A stretch of DNA of 20,000 bases. Origin: Catajapyx aquilonaris (lineage: Eukaryota). Shown one piece after another: positions 1 to 8,310 of the stretch; positions within the stretch are counted from its first letter, which is position 1, and each line of letters starts with the position of its first letter. The stretch spans positions 168,103-188,102 of the forward strand of contig KZ538001.1 in assembly GCA_000934665.2 (NCBI GenBank), written 5' to 3'. The translations under genes and the position numbers were made by a program. The notes beneath the pieces were generated by a model. It did no database searches. It worked only from the letters and a program-made list of their open reading frames with translations, and had not been told where the DNA came from.

Positions 1-802
1 AAGGGGCTCGTGTAAACGGAGGGGGCCAAAAGCTAGGTGTGTTTTCGGAAACAGTGGCCCAAACTATGCGGACGGACGGGAGTCCTCTCCGGAATTCGGC
101 CGGGTATGATAGCGGGACTGTACCGGCCATGTTTGTAAGAATTGTGGGAGGTGGTAGGACGGGGGGTGTCCGGAGGGGCCAAGCAACGGCCGACGGCGTC
201 GTTGGCCCTGGCCCAAGAGAGCTGTGGCTTTTCTGTCCTGGCAGCGGCCAACTTTCGCCTCTCTCTCCCAATCCACCATTTGCAAGGCAAAGAATTTATT
301 GTGAGCGGCGGTGGTAAGAGGGAGGCGGGGGGAGGGGGCGGTACCCCCTCCTCTTTCACTGGGGTAATGGAGGCTAATTTAGTGACGTCCGCTCCGAGCG
401 GCTACCGCTTAAAGTTTCATCTCCGAGGAGTGCAATTAGACGAATTTGGAGCTAATTCGGAAACGGTAGCGACACTCGCGCCGTATTTTGTCTGCCGGGG
501 ACGTTTAGTGCGCTCATGCACAATTGATGCTGCCGCCTGAATGGAAGGGCAGTGGTGTTGTCCGAGAAGAGTGCTGCTGGGGTTGTTGTCTGTTTTTATT
601 CTTTGCTCTTGTGAACACCTCAGTCAGCCGGGAAGCATTTGTTTGCTGGCGTCCTTCACAAGTCTCGTGGAAGAAAGCCATGTCAATTGACCAGCTGTGT
701 ACACTGTGGGTCCTCTTTATGCTTGGGATGGGCATGTTCATCTTGATGTTCTTTCCCCTCTCATAATGCCAAAAGCAACGTATACACTGCGATGCCGTCA
801 GC

Positions 803-858
<56 letters not shown>
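803..858. repeat. (ATT)n microsatellite
   Basis: About 18 perfect units. Confidence 0.97.
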
Positions 859-859
<1 letters not shown>

Positions 860-1360
860 GATAGAATCACGATGGTTATTTTATCGTTGATAGGGAATAA
901 TTGATCTACTGGCGCAACTCTCGTGCCCATCTGCAGATCCCCAAATGGTGTGCAGGCCTGCTCGTGATGTAAAAGCTGGATTTGTTGAATGGGTTGCCAT
1001 TATGAAGGAGCTCACCAATCATAGGATTTTACCAGAACAGTTTTGCAGCTCAGTGGTGGAAAAACCCATCCACAAACCCATCTTTCTTCAGTCGTCTGGC
1101 TCTGTGTTCACCTGTAATGTTAATCACTTCTTTCACTCCAAATCCAACCGCAATACCAAGTCGATATTGTTCAGATGTTAAGTTGGGAATTAAATCTGAG
1201 CAGGTCGCCTATGGTAGGCTACTGTTAAGCCTATTGAGAGAGTGCAATAAGTAGCCTACACGTAGTAAATAGAAAAATACTGTGCTCCCACTGTGCCAAG
1301 TAATTCCCGGAGATTAGGTTCTATTCCATGAAAGTGCAGCAAAAATTCTTTTCCTTGCAG

Positions 1361-1513
1361 TACCACCTTCATCAATAGAGATTATGGATCATGCTCGGGG
1401 ATCACAGATAAGCATCAAAGAATCTGAGCAACTAGAACTTCAGTGTCGTGCAAGAAACGCCAAGCCACCAGCCACCATCATGTGGTACCGCAACAATGTG
1501 GAACTCAAACTAG
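1361..1513 (+). CDS. sns: sns/nephrin exon, first half of Ig domain (PPSSIEI...LQCRARNAKPPATIMWYRNN)
   Basis: Acceptor ttccttgcag| and donor g|gtgagt; open frame; Ig B-strand Cys and C-strand Trp. Not in the ORF track. Confidence 0.9.
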
Positions 1514-4500
1514 GTGAGTATTACCATTCTCAAGGAACACTAACAGTTTTCTAACATACTGTGCGTGCTCCTTGCAGACACACGAGAAGACCGAACTACA
1601 GAACACGAGGGTATGGAGGACGGGAAACGAGTGACCAAGTATGACTCTCACAGCAAAATCACTTTCCAACCCACTGCCAGTGATGATGGGTCACTCTATG
1701 CATGTGAAGCACGCCATCCTGCACTGTCTATCCCTGACAGAGTTGCCATCCAGCTCAGTGTAAAACGTGAGTAACACTCTATGTGACAATAATTACTATG
1801 TACAGAATGGTGGGATTTATTTTCTGTTTCTCTACAGATCCCCCAGGTCCACCTCACATTGAAGGTTACACAGAAGATGAAGTAGTACGAGTGGGGCTTC
1901 CCATCTCCCTAGTATGCATTTCTCGAGGAGGTAACCCATTGGCAGAACTGGTGTGGTTCAAAAACGATGTCAAAATCGACTCCTCCTACACCACTTCTAT
2001 TCGGGAATCTCGCAATGACTACACGTTCACAGTGGATACCAGTGACAACAATGCACGCTACCGATGTGAAGCTTCCAACCCCATGAGTCGTGCACCAATG
2101 AAAGCTGAAGTGAAACTGACTGTACAATGTAAGTAACTATGCCTGAATAAGAACTTGCACTTTTCAAAGGGTATGATTTAAAATATACATGTCGGTTCAC
2201 AGTCGCTCCAAAAGAGATCAGAATCAGTGGCCCCACTGAAGCAAAAGTAGGAGATACAGTAGCCTTGCACTGCAACACATCCAACAGTAATCCTCCAGCA
2301 GTTATCACGTGGTTTAAGGATGGTCTTCCAGTACGCCCATACACCAATCGCACTGTTGCTGTTGCTGATGGTGGGTGGATAACGTCCTCCAACCTTACTG
2401 TGGAGATTCAAGAAGATGACCGCAACTTGACCATCACCTGCCAGGCAGTGAACCAGTACTTGGGGGAATCCAAAGTTGCCGGGCATATGATTAAAATAAT
2501 TCGTAAGTAACTCCAAATTATATTCTTACAAGAACAGGTGCATAGTTAGGAAAGAGTAGGCCTTACTGGCATGCGGGAAGCAGCAGGGTGAGTGGTGGCT
2601 GGGGGCAGCTTGGCTGTGTCGCAAAGGCAAGGATTGATTTTTTGGATTTTGGAAGGGGTATGGTGTACCAACCTAACCTAACCAAGCCTAACCTTCCTGC
2701 CTTGTGGATACAGAGCTATCTTCAGCCATACACACCTATCTTCAGCAGATACATGCCTATCCTTGATCCTTGCCTTTGCGACACAGCCCGCTGCCCCCAC
2801 AACTACTACCCTCCCGCATGCCAGTAAGGCCAACTCTATCCCATAGTTATTGCCAGCATATACATGAAATCCACTAAGTCCAAAAAATCAGTTTTCTGAT
2901 AGTCAAAGATTTGACCTTGTACTTGTTTACATGCTAGTGAAGGCAGAAAATCCCGGTGTTGCTGGCTAATTATTAATCTTAGGACTAAAATCCAAATGGA
3001 CTTCACCAGATGACAGAGCTTTAAAAATGCTACCTAGTGATGTAAATAACTCAAAACCACCGAAATTGGCCTTTTTGGATTTCACTTGCTTGCTTAATAT
3101 GATTATATATCATACTCTCCACCCCACCGGGTATTCCATAATGCAACTTGCTCACAGCACCTTCCCCCTTGCTATGTCATCTGGTCACTTACTCACTTGA
3201 GGTGGCTGAGGCCAATGCATAACAGATTTCCATCTTTCCTAAGATACCTCCTCTTAGGATTTTCAAAGGAAAACCTCTCCCAGACTCAAACCACAATAGT
3301 GCACATCAGGCCTGGATGATGTGCTTTTGTCTGCAACAAAAATTAGCACCAAACACACTGGCATAAACTCTCATTGGTTTCTGGTACTTGAATTTCTGGT
3401 ATGAAATGACAGAATCAAATTCAGTGTGAATAAATTAGATTACACAGAAATGGCAGTCAATCATACATAGTTGAGTTATACAGGGTGTAAGTCAGGGCTA
3501 TTCAACTGGCGGACTGCGACGCTATACAGGACTGTTTGAAATAGCATGAAAAATTACAAATTCATGATTTTTTTGGAAAAAGTGCTACCAATTTCATCAA
3601 ATACCCATTCAAATCGCCCACATTCAGCTAAGCTCGTGTGACCTTGAACCCCCCCCCCCCCCCCCCANNNNNNNNNNNNNNNNNNNNNNNNNNNNNNNNN
3701 NNNNNNNNNNNNNNNNNNNNNNNNNNNNNNNNNNNNNNNNNNNNNNNNNNNNNNNNNNNNNNNNNNNNNNNNNNNNNNNNNNNNNNNNNNNNNNNNNNNN
3801 NNNNNNNNNNNNNNNNNNNNNNNNNNNNNNNNNNNNNNNNNNNNNNNNNNNNNNNNNNNNNNNNNGGGGGGGGTCTGGACCTTCAATGGCCCAGGAAAGG
3901 GAAATACTGGACCTTGTCATAAACTAGTTGAATAGCCCTGGTGTAAGTTATATGAATTCATCTGCAGGAAAAAAAGTAGGCACCAATTTATTGATGTGTG
4001 CAGGAGGAAACTGGTTTTGAGGGATCCAGTTGAATGCTTCTTGCGATTAGTACAGTATGTATACTATTGGGTTCAAATACTTTTGGCCACTTTATCATGG
4101 TCTTGACGCAACCCTTCGCACAGACTCCACATTAAGGAGGTGTGTGTGTGTGTGAAGGGTTGCTTCAAGACCAGGATAAAGTGGCCAAATGTATTTGAAC
4201 CTGATAGTGCATATCATAAGTAGGTGATACCATAACTACTTACAGAACCTCCTGGTCCACCCATGGTATATGGTTTTGGATCCAACCTGGTTGCTGGTCG
4301 CTTGCAGCGCATCACATGCATTGCTGCTGGTGGCAATCCAGTTGCCAGCCTTGCATGGTTCAAAGGCAACAAAAAGGTAATTGTAGATATTATTGATTAA
4401 TTGCAACAATTGGATTAACAATTTTTGTACCCACAGCTCAACTCTGTCTACAGTACAAATGGCAACTTGGCTTCATCAGAATTAGCTATTGTTGCCAATA

Positions 4501-7500
4501 TGTCAGACAATGGAGCTGAATATCGATGTGAAGCAACCAACAAGGCAACAAAGTCACCACTCACCAAAACTGTCACTCTAAGCGTGCTATGTAAGTCCCA
4601 TGAAGGGTGCATAAAATATATTCCTGCATATTACAAGTTGTTCTGACATTTTGTGATGTTTTTCATTTTTTAGTCCCTCCGGCAATGGTAAAGATTCGCA
4701 AACGCCCTCGCAAGTTGAAAGAAGGAGAGAAGGCATGGCTAATATGTGAATCAAGTTCAAGCAATCCAGCAGCACGCTTGACCTGGTGGCATGATGGACT
4801 ACCACTTCAGGGTCACAACAATGGCTCTCGGGATGGTGTGTATGGAGGCCAACAAACTGTAAACACACTTGAATTGGATGTGACAGCAGAGTTGGATGGT
4901 GCTGTATACACCTGCCAAGCTACCAATGAAGCCCTGCGGCAGAGTGTACATGATGCAATTGCTCTGGAAGTTCTCTGTAAGTATATGTGTAAGCATGCCA
5001 TTCCATAATACAGTATTTGAATTTGCACCTCTTCCTGTAGTTAAGCCGCAGTTCTTGGAGGCACCTTCAGCAAAGAGAGACATAACTGAAGGAGAGTCAG
5101 CAGTCATCAACCTGGAAGCACGTGCAAATCCATCTGAAATATCTTACACGTGGACTCAGGATGGGACACCCATTCCCAGTAGTGCAGAAGCTGGGTCAGA
5201 CCGGCATATAATTGCTTCTGGTCCACTTCTGAATGTGACAAGCGTGCGCAGAGAAGACGCTGGCACCTACATATGTGAAGCTGTCAATGCAGAGGGTTCA
5301 TCCGTTACTACTGTTCAGCTCAATGTGCAGTGTAAGTTCGAGTACTCTTAAAATAAGGTTATTGCATGACTGTTGTGCAATGATAATATGTTACAGATCC
5401 ACCACGTATAACATCATTGGAGCGCTGGGTTGTGGTTGGTGTAGGCGAAGATGTCCACATAGAATGTCAAATGGATGCTAACCCTCTGGAGGAAGGGATG
5501 GTGCGATGGGAGCGTGAAGGCTTTGACATAGCAGCCCGCACACGCCGATCCTATAAGCATCAAAGAGCATATCTGACAGTAGCAGAAGTGCAGCATGAGG
5601 ACACTGGCCCTTTTGATTGCATCATTAATAATGGAATTGGTGAAGAAGCTCGAGGCACTGTGGTACTCATCGTAAAACGTAAGTCATCAAGTCTGTATGT
5701 GAAATCCAACGTAATTCTATTGTATTGGTATTCACAGAGAAACCTCAAATTGATACCTCACCTCAAATGGCCAAGGCAGCCAGCGACCAGGGAGAAACAG
5801 CTCGTTTGTCATGTCGAGCAAAAGGTTCACCCAACATCACTTTTGCCTGGTCGAGGGAAGGTGCTACCATTGGAACCCAGATGACTGAGAAGTATGAAGT
5901 TCAAGTGCAACAGGTATATACACATTTCAGCAACATTTTTATACCCTGCTTGTACTTGGATTGCATGGCATTTTATGATCACAATCACAACAAAATCATA
6001 TACAATTACAGGTGGACTTTATAACTTGGGAATCAACACTGTTGGTCAAAACAGTTCGCTCAGTGGATTACGGTTACTATGAGTGTGTGGCTCATAATGA
6101 AATGGGCTTTGGTACATCTCGTGTTCTTCTGAATGTGACATCACGTCCAGACCCTCCATTCTTTGTCAAAGTACTAAATGTGAGCCATGATGCTGTGAGA
6201 TTGTCTTGGACCCCTGGTTTTGATGGTGGCTTGCAGCAGTCCTTCAGAGTGCGCTTCCGTGAAGAAGGAGCAAGTGGCTACCGATATGCAGATGTGCAAC
6301 CACCAAATGCCACCAGTTATGTTGTTGGGGGACTTAGTCCAGCAACACAGTACTCATTCCATGTTATGGCTCTGAATGGAATAGGGGAGGGCAACTACAC
6401 CAGAGAAATAGTGAAAGCAACCACCTCCAGTGAGTATTCTCAATAAACTTGCATGGCTGCTTAATATAATTCTTCTTTTGATGCATGATTATAATAGCAG
6501 AAACCAACTTATTGCTTCTCATGGGATAAGGTGACACACTAACTGCATGGGTAACGGTTGACATTTCTTCTTAGGTGAGGCCCCTCCTACAGCTACCTCC
6601 ACTTCTGATGTAGACTATCAGCCTGGCCAGATACCCAAGCTCCTAATCATAACTATCACCATAGTGGGGACTGCCCTTCTTGTGCTCAATGTAGTCTTGA
6701 TTGCCTTCTTCGTGCGCAAGCGCTCCAAGAAACGCATGACAGGTGAGTGGACAAACATTTATGTTGTTTTTTTTGCCCTCCTGGACGTGTAGGTGAGGTA
6801 CCTCTGGGTGACCGAGAGAGGCGGATGTCAGAAGCAATGGGGAACAAGGGGGAGATTCCCAGAATTGTCATAATTTCGGTCTCAGTTGTGGGCTCCTTCT
6901 TGTTAATCCTGAATGTGATCCTAGTCTGCTGCTTCATCCGACGGAAGAAGAGGAAGGCTGAGGGTAGGACAGAATGACCATTGTATCCCTAGTTTTAAGT
7001 GTTTGGGGTAGTAATGCACCTTGTTTAGGAGGGAATCATCAATAACCAGATATCATTTTTGCAGCGGCAAGTGACCAGGGTAGCAGCAAATCAGCCACCA
7101 TGGAAATGTATGCCCCAAGCAGCTACAATGAGACGGTGACAGGCGAAACACTCAGCTCTATTTCTGAGAAGAGTGAAAGCTACTCCAACAATGGCAGCAA
7201 TGAGGATTACATAGTCAGTAATGTTGAAGTCTCTTTGTACATGCAATGTTGGATCCTTGCTGTTTTTTTTTGAAGTGACAAATGATTCAGTCATGTGAAT
7301 GGCAGAAAGGCGGTCCCATGGTGTAACGGTAGCACTCTGGGCTTCCTAGTCCAGCAGTCCGAGTTCGAGTCTCGGTGGGGTTTGCCATCCATGTGTGATA
7401 GATTGGTGTTTCCTATGTAGCCTAACAGAGAAAATGGGGTGAGGGAGGCAGCAGGTATTACAACATCTGGAAATGTCCTGCATGCTTTTGAAGAAATTAA

Positions 7501-8310
7501 AAAGCATGTAATTATTTGTTTCAGTTGCTACTCTGAAATTGAAAGTGTACTCCCATTACAGGATGATGGAACAAAGCCAGCTGCAGCCAGCACTTACCTG
7601 ATTGACCAGATGGAACCTCCAGTGCAATACCCATACCATCCGACAGATCCTTCATCATCACGTCAAAATACTCTCACCAGACACAAGGCCAACAACATGA
7701 ATGTGGAGGATGACAGCTATGCTGATGCCCTCCGACGAAATGCCTACAACCAAACTTTGGGTAATGTTTTTGCAATACTGTGGCAAAACTAGTTGGAGCA
7801 ACAAATATCAATCATATCACTTTCAATATGGGGTAAAATTGTTCATATTTGGGTTATGATAATATTTCAATGTATTTCTTTCTAGGAGAAAAAGTGACAT
7901 ATGGCAAGAGCACCACACCCAGACCGTCCAGTCGTGCTGCTGCCAGTCCTGATACCTACTACAACATTGCTCCAGACTCCCGTTATGTGCCGTACCCACC
8001 TCCTGGATTTGGTCCTCCTGTGGGCAATGGCTCCATCCACCACCACCATCACCACCAAAACATCCCACCCACCAACGGGACCCTTCCTCGCAACAGTGGC
8101 AGCAACTCAGGGGGCCAGCCCGCCCAGAATGGACCTGTTGTGGTAGTGGGCTCTCCACCTCCCAGTGTCCGGTTGGGGGGATCCAGCTCTTCTCCTGTGC
8201 GGACAGCCGTTCAGGTACCACCGCTGCTGTCCACCTTCAACCCCAACCCCACCCCCAGCCCCACTAACATGGTGGAGGCAGGCTACGAAAACGAAGGTCA
8301 CCTTGTGTGA
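1361..8310 (+). CDS. sns: Nephrin / sticks-and-stones (Sns/SYG-2) family Ig-superfamily adhesion receptor, 5'-partial, 15 coding exons per isoform in the window
   Basis: GT-AG exon chain 1361-1513, 1578-1766, 1838-2128, 2203-2502, 4246-4376, 4437-4590, 4674-4976, 5041-5331, 5397-5678, 5738-5913, 6012-6429, [6575-6742 or 6793-6963], 7065-7213, 7562-7760, 7886-8310 joins in frame (3629 nt with the first TM exon, about 1209 aa). It encodes 8 Ig domains (C..W..D..Y.C patterns), an FN3 (LSWTPGFDGG), a TM, the Sns-type cytoplasmic motif MEMYAPSSYNETVTGETLSSISEKSESY and a C-terminal GHLV as recalled for insect Sns. Confidence 0.93.
1578..1766 (+). CDS. sns: sns/nephrin exon, second half of Ig domain (DDGSLYACEARHPAL)
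   Basis: cttgcag| ... c|gtgagt; within ORF 1565-1774. Confidence 0.92.
1838..2128 (+). CDS. sns: sns/nephrin exon, Ig domain (CISRGGNPLAELVWFKN...YRCEASN)
   Basis: tctacag| ... t|gtaagt; within ORF 1783-2136. Confidence 0.93.
2203..2502 (+). CDS. sns: sns/nephrin exon, Ig domain (CNTSNSNPPAVITWFKDG...ITCQAVN)
   Basis: ttcacag| ... c|gtaagt; overlaps ORF 2265-2510. Confidence 0.93.
2549..2841. mobile_element. Non-autonomous DNA transposon (MITE), GG termini, 8-bp TSD
   Basis: TIR GGA(A/T)AGAGT(A/T)GGCCTTACTGGCATGCGGGA extended by a subterminal inverted match (gctgtgtcgcaaaggcaaggat); flanking direct repeat CATAGTTA at 2541-2548 and 2842-2849; internal cctaac repeats. Confidence 0.85.
3493..3940. 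mobile_element. hAT-family non-autonomous element spanning an assembly gap
   Basis: Perfect 15-bp TIR CAGGGCTATTCAACT (3493-3507 / 3926-3940); perfect 8-bp TSD GTGTAAGT (3485-3492, 3941-3948). Confidence 0.88.
3668..3865. other. Assembly gap (N run) flanked by poly-C and poly-G
   Basis: 198 N. Confidence 0.99.
4062..4209. mobile_element. Small hairpin MITE, possibly Tc1/mariner-type
   Basis: About 60-bp inverted arms (actattgggttcaaatacttttggccactttatc... / ...gataaagtggccaaatgtatttgaacctgatagt) with a short (TG)-containing loop; TA on the left flank. Confidence 0.75.
4246..4376 (+). CDS. sns: sns/nephrin exon, first half of Ig domain (PPGPPMVYG...TCIAAGGNPVASLAWFKGNKK)
   Basis: cttacag| ... 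aag|gtaatt; read by hand. Confidence 0.9.
4437..4590 (+). CDS. sns: sns/nephrin exon, second half of Ig domain (SDNGAEYRCEATN)
   Basis: ccacag| ... t|gtaagt; within ORF 4425-4646. Confidence 0.92.
4674..4976 (+). CDS. sns: sns/nephrin exon, Ig domain (CESSSSNPAARLTWW...DGAVYTCQATN)
   Basis: tttttag| ... t|gtaagt; within ORF 4607-5008. Confidence 0.93.
5041..5331 (+). CDS. sns: sns/nephrin exon, Ig domain lacking the first canonical Cys (NLEARANP...DAGTYICEAVN)
   Basis: cctgtag| ... t|gtaagt; within ORF 4896-5351. Confidence 0.93.
5397..5678 (+). CDS. sns: sns/nephrin exon, Ig domain (IECQMDANP...DTGPFDCIINNGIG)
   Basis: ttacag| ... c|gtaagt; overlaps ORF 5417-5884. Confidence 0.93.
5738..5913 (+). 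CDS. sns: sns/nephrin exon, first half of last Ig domain (LSCRAKGSPNITFAWSREG)
   Basis: ttcacag| ... cag|gtatat; within ORF 5725-6024. Confidence 0.92.
6012..6429 (+). CDS. sns: sns/nephrin exon, end of last Ig domain plus fibronectin type III domain
   Basis: ttacag| ... a|gtgagt; DYGYYECVAHNEMG, then LSWTPGFDGG...LSPATQYSFHVMALNGIG. Confidence 0.94.
6450..6549 (+). promoter_or_regulatory. Candidate intronic splicing-regulatory cluster: 3x TGCATG (Rbfox motif) plus ACTAAC (branch point / STAR-family How motif)
   Basis: TGCATG at 6450, 6482 and 6544; ACTAAC at 6538-6543 abutting the third; all in the 145-nt intron before TM exon A. Confidence 0.6.
6575..6742 (+). CDS. sns: sns/nephrin transmembrane exon A (SEAPPTATSTSDVDYQPGQIPKLLIITITIVGTALLVLNVVLIAFFVRKRSKKRMT)
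   Basis: ttcttcttag| ... g|gtgagt; 168 nt, phase 1-1; hydrophobic helix plus basic stop-transfer; CACTAAC branch-like motif at 6537-6543. Not in the ORF track. Confidence 0.9.
6793..6963 (+). CDS. sns: sns/nephrin alternative transmembrane exon B (SEVPLGDRERRMSEAMGNKGEIPRIVIISVSVVGSFLLILNVILVCCFIRRKKRKAE)
   Basis: gtgtag| ... g|gtagga; 171 nt, phase 1-1, no stops; aligns with exon A; within ORF 6747-6977. Confidence 0.85.
7065..7213 (+). CDS. sns: sns/nephrin cytoplasmic exon (ASDQGSSKSATMEMYAPSSYNETVTGETLSSISEKSESYSNNGSNEDYI)
   Basis: ttttgcag| ... ata|gtcagt; Sns-type motif; phase-0 end matches the next exon. Confidence 0.9.
7312..7383 (+). pseudogene. tRNA-Gln-derived element / tRNA pseudogene with an 8-nt anticodon loop, intronic
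   Basis: GGTCCCATGGTGTAACGGTAGCACTCTGGGCTTCCTAGTCCAGCAGTCCGAGTTCGAGTCTCGGTGGGGTTT closely follows metazoan tRNA-Gln; intact A and B boxes and T arm; three G-U pairs in the acceptor stem; loop CTTCCTAG. Confidence 0.75.
7562..7760 (+). CDS. sns: sns/nephrin cytoplasmic exon (DDGTKPAAASTYLIDQ...YADALRRNAYNQTL)
   Basis: cattacag| ... g|gtaatg; within ORF 7439-7792. Confidence 0.87.
7886..8310 (+). CDS. sns: sns/nephrin terminal coding exon, Pro/Tyr-rich tail with His6 run and PDZ-binding-type end EGHLV*
   Basis: ttctttctag|; TGA at 8308-8310; within ORF 7849-8310. Confidence 0.92.

Noticed and set aside
160..205. Weak similarity of gtccggaggggccaag...gacggcgtcg to 17851-17882
   Set aside because: Short, GC-rich and gapped; not enough to call a shared repeat
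33..930. Overlapping ORFs of 73-138 aa, including a poly-Asn ORF, as upstream sns exons or separate genes
   Set aside because: No Ig or signal-peptide pattern and no convincing splice frame; ORFs arise from GC-rich repeat-like DNA and the (ATT)n tract
930..1200. Protein-like minus-strand stretch (SDLIPNLTSEQYRLGIAVGFGVKEV...)
   Set aside because: Interrupted by stops and no recognisable family; cannot be supported without a search
2865..3084. Possible old inverted repeat (tgaaatcca...tggatttca)
   Set aside because: Only about 9 bp exact with patchy extension and no TSD
3554..3922. ORFs full of X residues
   Set aside because: Artefacts of the N gap
6793..6963. TM exon B as an assembly duplication or the start of a second gene
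   Set aside because: Too diverged from exon A at the DNA level for an artefact; no second ectodomain or tail, and the phases fit the same flanking exons
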